This document shows positions 9,758 to 18,245 of a stretch of 64,000 nucleotides of DNA, one piece after another. Both the position numbers and the translations under genes were made by a program. Numbering within the stretch: the stretch's first letter is position 1; the number at the start of each line of letters is the position of its first letter. The stretch comes from Pyrinomonadaceae bacterium. GTDB lineage: Bacteria; Acidobacteriota; Blastocatellia; Pyrinomonadales; Pyrinomonadaceae. The notes under the pieces were generated by a model. The model made no database searches, was not told the DNA's origin, and saw nothing but the letters and a program-made list of their open reading frames with translations. Location of the stretch: positions 1,055 to 65,054 of the forward strand of contig DASXQM010000273.1 of the NCBI GenBank assembly GCA_036507195.1, in the 5' to 3' direction.

Positions 9758-10690
9758 ATGATCATTTTCAATGATGTCTCCAAGTTTTATGGAGAAATCC
9801 TCGGTGTGAACCGCGTCAACCTTCAGATTGACACGGGCATCACCAGTCTCGTTGGGCCAAACGGGGCGGGTAAGTCGACTCTAATGAACCTGATGACCGG
9901 ATTGCTTCGTCCCAGTCGCGGCGACATCACGATTCTCGGCATTCCCACAGATCAGCCGGAACAGCTTTTTCGCAAGCTTGGTTATTGCGCCCAGTTTGAT
10001 TCTTTTCCCCGCGGACTGACGGGACGAGAATTCATTCAGTCGTTCCTGCTCGTGCATGGATTTAGCCGGAAAAAGGCTGAAGAGTTCACGGTCACGGCGC
10101 TGGAACGGGTAAGTCTTCTCGAGGCCGGCAACCGAAAAGTTGCGGCATACAGCAAGGGAATGCGACAGCGAATTCGCCTCGCGCAGGCAATCGCTCATCA
10201 GCCGGCGGTATTGATTCTCGACGAGCCTTTGAATGGGTTGGACCCCATGGTCCGGGCGGAAACAATCGCGCTCTTTCGCAAGCTCGCTGCGGATGGTTTG
10301 CACCTGATCATCTCGAGCCACATTCTGCATGAAGTGGACATGATGTCAGACCGGGTAATCCTGCTGAACAACGGCTACGTAGTTGCCGAAGGAAATGTCC
10401 ATGGCGTGCGCGACGAGATGGAAGAGCATCCGATGCAGATCCTTATTCGTTGCGATAAGCCGGCAAAGCTGGCCGCGCGCGTATTTGATAAGGACCACGT
10501 CGTCGAAGCGCGGCTTCATGACGATCGTCTCGGGCTGTTTGTAAAGACACGAGATGCGGACCGTTTTTATCTCCTTCTAAATCGGGTAGTCGCCGAAGGG
10601 GAAATCAATATTGAATCGATTGCGCCGGTTGACGACGATTTGAGCGCCGTCTACCAGTACTTGATTGGATCGGAAGGAAGCAGTTCCTGA
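9758..10690 (+). CDS. ABC transporter ATP-binding protein with C-terminal extension
   Basis: Walker [10 protein letters not shown], signature YSKGMRQ, Walker [12 protein letters not shown]. Start moved to ATG 9758 ([12 protein letters not shown]) because the 26 upstream codons are repeat-encoded. Confidence 0.88.
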   Translation: MIIFNDVSKFYGEILGVNRVNLQIDTGITSLVGPNGAGKSTLMNLMTGLLRPSRGDITILGIPTDQPEQLFRKLGYCAQFDSFPRGLTGREFIQSFLLVHGFSRKKAEEFTVTALERVSLLEAGNRKVAAYSKGMRQRIRLAQAIAHQPAVLILDEPLNGLDPMVRAETIALFRKLAADGLHLIISSHILHEVDMMSDRVILLNNGYVVAEGNVHGVRDEMEEHPMQILIRCDKPAKLAARVFDKDHVVEARLHDDRLGLFVKTRDADRFYLLLNRVVAEGEINIESIAPVDDDLSAVYQYLIGSEGSSS

Positions 10691-10691
10691 A

Positions 10692-10755
10692 GTTCAGAGT
10701 CCAACCTTTGGTTGCGTGGCTGGGTCACCAGCAAGCTAAAGCTTGAACTCTAAAC
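10692..10755. repeat. double-hairpin REP-like element (GTTCAGAGT-ccaacctttggttg ... caagctaaagcttg-AACTCTAAAC)
   Basis: Two short hairpins flanked by inverted GTTYAGAG termini. Same architecture as the elements at 12277, 33034, 39173 and 61979. Confidence 0.75.
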
Positions 10756-10774
10756 TTCGGGCCACTATTTAATC

Positions 10775-11644
10775 ATGAGTAGTTCAACCATAGATATTAA
10801 ACCCGCTCAGATTGTGAAACAGTCTTTGCCCTGGTCGCTCTGGTTGCGACAGATTCGCGCCATCTTCCGGCTCGAGATTGAGAAAAACTTTCTCGGCCGG
10901 CGCTCGATCCTGCTTTATCTATTAGCCTTGTTGCCGGTAGCTCCGTTGGTTTTGCTCGCTCCCTTCACACCGCCGGGTCGGGAGTGGCAGGACTTCAATC
11001 AATACAACATGATCTTCGCGATCTACTACGGCGGACTCATTCTGCGCACAGTCGTTTTCTTCGGCTGTGCCTGGATATTCATGAATCTATTTCGTGGAGA
11101 TATTATCGACCGAAGTTTGCACTTCTACTTTCTAAGTCCGGTGCGCCGCGAAGTGTTGGTTGTCGGAAAATATATTTCCGGCTTGGTTACCTCGATCATC
11201 CTTTTCACAGCCACAACGGTCCTCTCGATGTTGTTGCTCTACCTTCCGCATTTTTACTCCGAGAGTTCCAGATACTTTTTGGATGGGCAGGGTTTCTGGC
11301 AAATGCTCACGTATGCCGGCATCACGATTCTGGCTTGTGTGGGCTACGGTGCGTTCTTTCTGGTGGTCGGACTGTTCTTCCGCAATCCGATTATTCCCGC
11401 GATTCTGTTGTATGGCTGGGAGTGGCTCAATTTCCTGATGCCGCCACTGCTGAAAAAAATAAGTGTCATCCACTATCTCAACTCACTTGCCCCCGTGCCA
11501 GTGTATGAAGGACCATTTGCAGTGCCCGCTCTGCCAACGCCGGCCTGGATCGCCGTGCCTAGTCTCATCGCTGTAACCGTGCTGGTATTGATTGTGGCCA
11601 GCTACCGCATCCGTCACATGGAGATCCGTTACGGCGGCGACTAG
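10775..11644 (+). CDS. ABC-2-type transporter permease
   Basis: Polytopic 289-aa membrane protein following the second ATPase. Confidence 0.7.
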   Translation: MSSSTIDIKPAQIVKQSLPWSLWLRQIRAIFRLEIEKNFLGRRSILLYLLALLPVAPLVLLAPFTPPGREWQDFNQYNMIFAIYYGGLILRTVVFFGCAWIFMNLFRGDIIDRSLHFYFLSPVRREVLVVGKYISGLVTSIILFTATTVLSMLLLYLPHFYSESSRYFLDGQGFWQMLTYAGITILACVGYGAFFLVVGLFFRNPIIPAILLYGWEWLNFLMPPLLKKISVIHYLNSLAPVPVYEGPFAVPALPTPAWIAVPSLIAVTVLVLIVASYRIRHMEIRYGGD

Positions 11645-12240
11645 CGCCTGCTTACATAAGGATTATCTTTAATCCAGAATCGCCAGGGTTTATCAATCCA
11701 CCCTTCTGCGTAATCAATTCCAATCCGCGGTCCGCAGGCGATTTGTGAACGCGGGACAGTTCGTCCCCCCTCGAGCCAAACACGGTCACCCAATAGATCC
11801 GCCGCGTCCAGTTTGCGATCAATGCCCATTGCGATTGAAAGCTTGCCGGGTCCATTCGTCAGATTGTGATCTGGTTGGCCGCGACGCCGCTGACGCATAA
11901 GCTCGACTCCTGCCACCGGTTCGAGCGCGCGAATCAAGACCGCGTGCGGAATGTCTGAAACGTTCGTCACGACGTTGAACTGGTAATACATTCCATAGAC
12001 AAAAAAGACATAGGCTGTACCGCCCACTGCGTACATCGTCTCCGTGCGCTTCGTTCGGCGGCCGCCGAATGAGTGGGCCGCGCGATCCTGCGGTCCGCGG
12101 TAAGCCTCGACTTCCACGATTGTTCCCGAGACACGTTTGCCGTTGGGCGCGGGAACCACCAACAGCTTTCCCAGCAGTTCACGGGCAATGGTCACGACAT
12201 TCGAGCGCGTATAAAATTCGCGAGGAAGTTTTCCAGCCAT
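11641..12240 (-). CDS. DNA-3-methyladenine glycosylase (Mpg/AAG family)
   Basis: VEVEAYRGPQDRAAHSFGGRRTKRTETMY...YVFFVYGMYYQFNVV is the characteristic Mpg core. Confidence 0.88.
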   Translation of the reverse strand: MAGKLPREFYTRSNVVTIARELLGKLLVVPAPNGKRVSGTIVEVEAYRGPQDRAAHSFGGRRTKRTETMYAVGGTAYVFFVYGMYYQFNVVTNVSDIPHAVLIRALEPVAGVELMRQRRRGQPDHNLTNGPGKLSIAMGIDRKLDAADLLGDRVWLEGGRTVPRSQIACGPRIGIDYAEGWIDKPWRFWIKDNPYVSRR

Positions 12241-12276
12241 CGAAACTCGCTTGAGTTACCTCTGTGGTTTGAAATT

Positions 12277-12332
12277 GTTTAGAAAGGGGACTTGTCCCCA
12301 TGCGACGGGGGGCACAAGTGCCCTTTCTAAAC
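12277..12332. repeat. double-hairpin REP-like element GTTTAGAAA-GGGGACTTGTCCCC-n8-GGGGCACAAGTGCCC-TTTCTAAAC
   Basis: Read directly. Both hairpins and the inverted termini are near-perfect. Confidence 0.85.
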
Positions 12333-12353
12333 ATTCCGGTTACACACTCGGGA

Positions 12354-13124
12354 TTAATGCCAGAGCCGCCAGAGCATCGCAAACGTAATCACAAACCCAA
12401 TCGCCACGATTGCCCGGCGGATAGTAACTTGCGCTACCCGCACCGCCATGTGCGCTCCAAAGTAACCGCCAAGCGTGGCCGCACCGGCCATTATCAGGGC
12501 ATCAGGCCAGACAACGAGACCCATGAGCGCAAAGCTCAGCACCGCAATGCTGTTGATGCAAATGCCCAGGAAATTCTTAATTCCATTGGCGCGGTTGATG
12601 TTATGCAAACCGAGAAGTCCCATCGCCGCGAGCATCAGGATACCGTTTCCCGCGCCGAAGTAACCACCGTATATCGAGGAAAAGAATTGAAACACGATGG
12701 CGCCCAACCACCAGGACATTTTCGGTTCGGCGTCAATTGCTTGCAGGCGCAGACCGCGATTTATTGACCCCTGGGCCATGAAGAGGATGGTGGCGAAAAG
12801 AATCAGAAAGGGAACCAACCGATCAAATGTGACCGAGGGTGTCCAAATCAACAGCCAGGCCCCAAGTCCGCCGCCGATGACACTCGTGATCCCAAGTCGC
12901 AAGAGGATTGTCGAACTATTCTCCAGCTCACGTCGATAACCAAACAATCCGCCAAGGAGTCCGGGCCAGAGAGCAACAGTACTGGTGGCGTTGGCAACTT
13001 TGGGATCGAGACCAAGCCAAATAAGCACGGGAAAAGTAAAAAGTGTGCCGCCACCGGCAATGGCATTGATCAGACCCGCGGCGAAAGCCGCGGCGATCAT
13101 TATGAGCATGTTGGGGAGAGACAT
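12354..13124 (-). CDS. sulfite exporter TauE/SafE family membrane protein
   Basis: 256-aa polytopic protein with internally duplicated Gly-rich TM segments (AGLINAIAGGGTL...; YGGYFGAGNGILM). Confidence 0.8.
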   Translation of the reverse strand: MSLPNMLIMIAAAFAAGLINAIAGGGTLFTFPVLIWLGLDPKVANATSTVALWPGLLGGLFGYRRELENSSTILLRLGITSVIGGGLGAWLLIWTPSVTFDRLVPFLILFATILFMAQGSINRGLRLQAIDAEPKMSWWLGAIVFQFFSSIYGGYFGAGNGILMLAAMGLLGLHNINRANGIKNFLGICINSIAVLSFALMGLVVWPDALIMAGAATLGGYFGAHMAVRVAQVTIRRAIVAIGFVITFAMLWRLWH

Positions 13125-13130
13125 TGATTA

Positions 13131-13228
13131 GTTTCGAGTTTCGAGGTTCGAGCTTAAAGCTCCTGGTTCTAAGTGGCCATCTCTAATTTCTGCTTACCAC
13201 ATTGAACTCGAAACGTGAAACTCGAAAC
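13131..13228. repeat. word palindrome (gtttcgagtttcgaggttcgagc / gaactcgaaacgtgaaactcgaaac)
   Basis: Arms at 13131-13153 and 13204-13228. Located in a divergent promoter region. Confidence 0.75.
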
Positions 13229-13289
13229 TTGTAGTCATGTTAGAATGCGCCACGCGGTTTCACAAAGCAGAACTTGAAGGGGGATAGGA

Positions 13290-13509
13290 ATGGCAGACGT
13301 AACTATTCGGCCGTCGAAAAACGGACCGTACATTGTTGAAGGTCCAGTTGATCTCTTTGACACCGACGGTAACAGAATTACAGTGGATAAACTGCGCCTT
13401 GCCCTTTGCCGCTGCGGCACTTCCTCGAACAAGCCTTTTTGCGACGGCAACTCATAGCAGCATCGGATTTCAGGCTGCGGAAACTGTTAATCCGGAAAGT
13501 GCGGAATAG
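13290..13509 (+). pseudogene. CDGSH-type iron-sulfur domain protein interrupted by a 1-nt insertion at about 13449-13450
   Basis: The ATG 13290 ORF reads ...CRCGTSSNKPFCDGNS* (stop at 13455). Skipping one A restores CDG-THSSIGFQAAETVNPESAE* (stop at 13507), giving the C-x-C-x2-S-x3-P-x-C-D-G-T-H motif. Confidence 0.75.
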
Positions 13510-14121
13510 TTGGACCGGTCAAAGTTAACGCTAAGAGTATAGAGTTCGAAGCAACGAAGCATAACGCTGTTTATCGCAGGCTCTGTGGATGCGGATGCGA
13601 ATCGATCGCAGTCGTCGCCGTTACGCTTAAGGACTTAAAGGCAGGCTCCTCATGACTTACACGCCTCCGCCCTCAGTCAATTCCAGAAGGGCTCACAATA
13701 AATTAGCAACACTACTAGAAGTTACTCATCATGGAAACGCCAAGGATACGACAGACAATGATGTGCTATTTCGAGGGGGCGATGTGGTCTGGTCCATCTC
13801 AATGCGCCCTTTACTGGTGTTGTCTTGAGAGAGCCCGTATACTCTTCTTCAGCGTGGCCACTCAAATCGCACACCGCACTGGGGGCGGTGCTCCTGGTTT
13901 ACTAACCCAAGTCGCAGAATTCTCTCTCCCGATCTGATTGTGTGGTTGTTGTTTTGATCATCTGAAGGCGATCAAGCCGACAATCATTTGCAATGCCGAC
14001 TCCTGGCAGCAGTCCAGCTGCAAGATAAGGTCGGCAGCGAGTCATGGGGGAGTCAGACAGCTCTCTCTGCCCGTAAAAGCGGGCGGGCGTTGTCTGCAGG
14101 AGAAAATGAGGGGAATCAGGT

Positions 14122-15555
14122 ATGTCCCGAGCATACGAACCGCGCACCGCAAGACGTCCAAAAGTCTTCGGAGCCAGTCAGCAAACCGCCACTAAGAAAA
14201 AGACAACCTCAGACCGGCTCAGATACTTGTCGCATTACGATGTGTTGACCACGCTGCCGAATCGCGCCTTCTTTAGAATTAAACTTGATAAGGCGTTAAG
14301 GACCGCGCAACTCCATAATCAAACTCTGGCAGTTCTCTTCCTCTCGCTCGACCCCTATAGCCGAATCAATGAAACGCTTGGGCCAGCAATGGGCGATCGA
14401 CTGGTCCGGTGCGTCGCCAAACGGCTCAAAGAAATCATGGGAGTAAACGACGCAGTAGGCTATTGGGGGGATAAGTTTGTTTTGCTGCTGGAACGTACCG
14501 GCGATGAGTCGCAGGTGGTAAAGACCGTACAGGGTATCAAAGAGAGAATTGAACGCAGTTTCTTTTCCTTCAAACAAGAGTTCTTACTGACATCGAGTAT
14601 CGGAATCGGGCTGTTTCCTTTACATGGGTCAACAGTAGAGACGCTCCTGAAAAATGCGGGAGCGGCCCTCTCTGAAGCACAGGAAGGCGGTGGAAATGGC
14701 CACCGGTTTTACGCGGCTGACCTTAATGCCAGATCCCTCAAACGCTTTACTCTCGAGAACAGGCTGGGTCGAGGCTTACAAAGACGGCAATTTACTCTCC
14801 ACTATCAACCTCAAGTCGATACCAGCAGTTGGCAGATTACCCGCGCCGAAGCTTTGATTCGTTGGGAACATCCTGAACTAGGCCCGATTCCACCCGCAGA
14901 CTTTATTCCCTTTGCCGAAAAAAGTGGTCTGATCATTCCAATTGGCGAGTGGGTCATGCGAGCGGCAGGTCTACAGCTAAGGAAATGGCACGTTAGTGGG
15001 TTCCATAAGTTGACTCTTGCAATCAACGTATCTGCGCGTCAATTTCAAGAGCCCGCATCTGTCGACACGATCGTGGAAATACTCAAAGAGAGCGGACTCG
15101 ATCCCGAATGCCTGGAACTGGAACTGACCGAGAGTTCGCTCATGACTAATGCCAAGCATGTGATTAAGTCGCTGGGCAAACTAAAAGACATAGGCGTCAA
15201 ACTCGCAATTGACGATTTTGGCACCGGCTTTTCGTCGTTGGAGTGTTTGAGACGGTTGCCGTTTGATACATTAAAGATAGACAAGTCGTTTGTGCGAGAC
15301 ACTTCAGATCTTGATGGCGCCGCACTGGTATCTTCAATAGTAGCCCTTGCTCAAAAGTTACGATTGCGAGTAGTCGCCGAAGGTGTGGAAACGAAAGAGC
15401 AGATGACGTTTCTGCAACGGCTTGGATGCTACAACATGCAAGGTTATCTATTCAGCAGGCCGCTGCCAGCTGAACAATTCAAAAGGCTACTGGCCTGCCC
15501 CGGCTACCAGCTCAAGAAAAGAAATGATTTTGTTCAAGCGCGCGCCGCCTCGTGA
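14122..15555 (+). CDS. degenerate-GGDEF / EAL domain protein (probable c-di-GMP phosphodiesterase)
   Basis: The GGDEF position reads WGDKF. EAL-domain motifs are intact: EALIRW, NVSARQF, ELTES, DDFGTG, KIDKSF, EGVET and QGYLFSRP. Confidence 0.85.
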   Translation: MSRAYEPRTARRPKVFGASQQTATKKKTTSDRLRYLSHYDVLTTLPNRAFFRIKLDKALRTAQLHNQTLAVLFLSLDPYSRINETLGPAMGDRLVRCVAKRLKEIMGVNDAVGYWGDKFVLLLERTGDESQVVKTVQGIKERIERSFFSFKQEFLLTSSIGIGLFPLHGSTVETLLKNAGAALSEAQEGGGNGHRFYAADLNARSLKRFTLENRLGRGLQRRQFTLHYQPQVDTSSWQITRAEALIRWEHPELGPIPPADFIPFAEKSGLIIPIGEWVMRAAGLQLRKWHVSGFHKLTLAINVSARQFQEPASVDTIVEILKESGLDPECLELELTESSLMTNAKHVIKSLGKLKDIGVKLAIDDFGTGFSSLECLRRLPFDTLKIDKSFVRDTSDLDGAALVSSIVALAQKLRLRVVAEGVETKEQMTFLQRLGCYNMQGYLFSRPLPAEQFKRLLACPGYQLKKRNDFVQARAAS

Positions 15556-15632
15556 TTGAGGCGGGCATTACTCCGGCGGAAGGCCAGGTAATCAGTTTCC
15601 CGATCTCACCGTGTCACTGCATAGGAGAGAAC

Positions 15633-16436
15633 ATGTCTCGTAAGGTGCTGAAAATCTTATTAGTACACGACCCAACCGGTAGCCGGCCGGCGATTCGCGA
15701 ACTTTTGTCTCAGACTGATTTCGCCCAGTGTGAGTTGGATTATGTGTCCACAGACCTCGCATTTCGTGGGTTTCGCCGCAACTACTACAGCGTCTGCCTG
15801 ATCGATTCAGCGGTGAAAGGAATCTGGGTACTTAAAGAATCGCGGCGAGTGAGTTTTGCCACGCCGACGATAGTGCTCACATCCAACTCGGCCTATGAAG
15901 TTTTGAATGCAATGCGCCATGGCGCCGCCGACTGTCTGGTCAGGGAGGCATTAACCGCTGGAGCGCTGGAGGAGTTGATCTGCGTCGTGATTGAACGCGC
16001 TCGTTACAAAGAATACAGGTCGGAATGCTCAAGACGTTATTTGGGTCTCGTCGAAAATTCCAACGAAAACATCTACACACACGACCTTCAGGGAAACTCA
16101 ACCTTTTTTAGCAAAGCCTTCGAGCAGTTGATTGGGTATACCCATGAGGAGATCTTCAGTATTAATTTCTGCAAAATACTAGCTCCTGAATGTGTCGACT
16201 TTGTCTGGGGAAATATTCTGCGCATGTTGGCGGACAGGAAGCCATTAAGTTATGAGACTATCATTGTGACTAAAGAGAGGCAGAGAATTCCCGTCGCTGT
16301 TACCATGCATTTGGTTTATAAAAAGGGAAGACCTGTCGAAGTACAGGGCATCGTTCGCGACCTCAGCTCGCGAATTCATCCGGCCTCGACGCTAACAGAA
16401 AGTGATCGTTGTTCCAGAGTTATTCTTACCTTATGA
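15633..16436 (+). CDS. REC-like receiver plus PAS domain protein, no output domain
   Basis: ATG 15633 follows AGGAGAGA. Receiver-like segment KILLVHD...CLIDSAV...VLTS...GAADCLV, then a PAS-like segment LVENSNENIYTHDLQGN...VQGIVRDLS. Confidence 0.65.
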   Translation: MSRKVLKILLVHDPTGSRPAIRELLSQTDFAQCELDYVSTDLAFRGFRRNYYSVCLIDSAVKGIWVLKESRRVSFATPTIVLTSNSAYEVLNAMRHGAADCLVREALTAGALEELICVVIERARYKEYRSECSRRYLGLVENSNENIYTHDLQGNSTFFSKAFEQLIGYTHEEIFSINFCKILAPECVDFVWGNILRMLADRKPLSYETIIVTKERQRIPVAVTMHLVYKKGRPVEVQGIVRDLSSRIHPASTLTESDRCSRVILTL

Positions 16437-16471
16437 AATGATTTGCTGGTAAGCTTCTTATTCGATGTTCA

Positions 16472-16565
16472 GGTCTTAGGACTTGGTCTTTGGACTTTAG
16501 GCTTTGAACTTTCTTCGGTGGACAGCGTAAGCGAACAAAGACCAATGGCCCAAGACCGAAGACCC
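16472..16565. repeat. word palindrome (ggtcttaggacttggtctttggactttagg / caaagaccaatggcccaagaccgaagaccc)
   Basis: Arms read directly. Same ggtcttgg/ccaagacc word as the elements at 1300 and 59610. Confidence 0.7.
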
Positions 16566-16579
16566 TGGCTTCGTTATCA

Positions 16580-17404
16580 ATGATTCATCGCCGGCCCATC
16601 GCAGCTGTCTTTAGCGTCCTCCTCTTAATCGCTGTTCTCTCTGGAACAGACGCAAAGCCAACATCTACAACAGTCTCGGTCTCGAGTTCGAAGAAGACTG
16701 TCCGGGTGATGACATACAACATTCACGTCGGCGTTGGCATGGACAAGAAACTCGATCTGCAACGCATCGCTGACGTGATCAATGCCCAACACCCTGACCT
16801 GGTTGGTTTGCAGGAGGTCGATCGAGGAGTCAAGCGCACCGAAGGCAGGGACGAAATCGCTGAAATCGCGAAGCTGACTACCATGAACTACGCCTTCGCT
16901 CATAACCTTGATTATCAGGGAGGTCAATACGGTGTAGCGATCCTCTCCCGCTTTCCCATCGGCGCGATTGATCATCGTAAGTATGAAAACAAGCATGAGG
17001 CGGAACGCCGCGGAATGATTCGTGTCGAGGTGGACGTTGGCGGCAAAACGATCAATTTCGTTACTACGCATCTCGACTATCAATACGAAGACGGAAGAGT
17101 TTTCGAGACCGAACAACTCCTCGAATTCCTCTCCGCGCAGAAAGCCCCGGTCATCGTTGCTGGCGATTTCAACGACGAGCCAACGGGAAACGCTCACAAG
17201 TTAATGGTGGCCGGCTTCGAAGACGCGTGGATGCGCAGTCGTGCGCAAGGCGACGGATTGAGTTATCCCGCGGACCGGGCCGTAAAGCGCATCGATTACA
17301 TCTTCACGCGCCCGTCGGATCGCATGCGCGCGAAAAAAGCGTGGGTAGTGAACACACTTGCTTCGGATCATTTGCCGGTCGTCGCGGACCTCGAGATGCG
17401 CTAA
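16580..17404 (+). CDS. secreted endonuclease/exonuclease/phosphatase (EEP) family protein
   Basis: Signal peptide. Motifs MTYNIHVG, GLQEVD, GDFND and SDHLPV. Confidence 0.85.
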   Translation: MIHRRPIAAVFSVLLLIAVLSGTDAKPTSTTVSVSSSKKTVRVMTYNIHVGVGMDKKLDLQRIADVINAQHPDLVGLQEVDRGVKRTEGRDEIAEIAKLTTMNYAFAHNLDYQGGQYGVAILSRFPIGAIDHRKYENKHEAERRGMIRVEVDVGGKTINFVTTHLDYQYEDGRVFETEQLLEFLSAQKAPVIVAGDFNDEPTGNAHKLMVAGFEDAWMRSRAQGDGLSYPADRAVKRIDYIFTRPSDRMRAKKAWVVNTLASDHLPVVADLEMR

Positions 17405-17522
17405 TTCCTCTTAAACTTCCTGTGCGAGGCGACTAGCCAGGCCGCGACCACCGTCACGACCATCGCGGGCCATGGGAGAGCGTCAAGCCAACGCATGCTG
17501 GAAACCGGGCAGCGGTTGCGTC

Positions 17523-18011
17523 TTAGAGAGTTGTATCCGCCAGGTTGGATTTGTATTTCGTATTCGTCTGGCGATCATTCAACTCGATATAGACATAGCT
17601 CGGAGGAACCGCACCATCCTCTATTGCAAACCAGATGGCGCCTAGATCCGCCGACTTGCCGAGGGCGCAAAACCCGTAGAGCCGTTTTCCGCGCGAATCG
17701 AAGAAGTCAACCCAGGTGCGAGAGGAGTTCGCGTTAACGCCGCATGGCGGTAGAGCGGGCGCGGGAGCGAAGAGCGCGTCCGGGTAGTCTGCCTTGTTGA
17801 GCACGTCGTAACGATATCGAATCCAATCCCTGCCGCCCGTCGAATAGAATTCCGTTCCAGTCAGGTACAGCACCGGGTTTGGGAGGATAGGAGGGGGGTT
17901 GGGCGTCACAGAGGTAGCGTGAGAAATGCCATCGCTTGCCAGTATCATTAGGATCAAACTCGCCAAAAGCATGGTGATCGTTTTCGTCAATCTCATGGAG
18001 GGTCCTTTCAT
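17523..18011 (-). CDS. hypothetical secreted protein
   Basis: 162-aa ORF with an N-terminal signal-like hydrophobic segment. No family recognised. Confidence 0.45.
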   Translation of the reverse strand: MKGPSMRLTKTITMLLASLILMILASDGISHATSVTPNPPPILPNPVLYLTGTEFYSTGGRDWIRYRYDVLNKADYPDALFAPAPALPPCGVNANSSRTWVDFFDSRGKRLYGFCALGKSADLGAIWFAIEDGAVPPSYVYIELNDRQTNTKYKSNLADTTL

Positions 18012-18169
18012 CGAGGGTGAAGAATTAAGGTGTTTCGGTTTTTAGCGTCTAGTTGGATTAAGCTTGAAGAGAATGCCACCGATCGAGGTTCAGTTCAAGA
18101 GCCTTTATTGGTACTGAAACGGGGCAGGATAAGCCCGGTCACTTTCTTGCGCCACTCTCACCGCCCAGG

Positions 18170-18240
18170 CCCAAAGGCCAAAGTCCGAAGTCCAAAACCG
18201 AGTTCTCGTAGCCTGTGCCTGGACAATTGGACGTTGGCCT
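18170..18240. repeat. word palindrome (ccaaaggccaaagtccgaagtcc / ggacaattggacgttggcc)
   Basis: Imperfect inverted arms at 18170-18199 and 18221-18239. Confidence 0.55.
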
Positions 18241-18245
18241 GCAGT

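Noticed and set aside
10984-11508. 174-aa alternative-frame ORF inside the second ABC-2 permease gene
   Set aside because: It is same-strand but out of frame with a coherent polytopic membrane protein. Its translation is Arg/Ser-rich and non-hydrophobic.
13235-13450. 71-aa minus-strand ORF from the supplied track
   Set aside because: It is antisense to the plus-strand CDGSH reading frame, which has an RBS and a family signature. The minus-strand ORF has neither.
17401-17496. 31-aa minus-strand ORF MRWLDALPWPAMVVTVVAAWLVASHRKFKRN, 27 nt downstream of the 17523-18011 gene
   Set aside because: It is a plausible single-TM micro-protein. I see no RBS and have no way to check conservation, so it is not reported as a feature.
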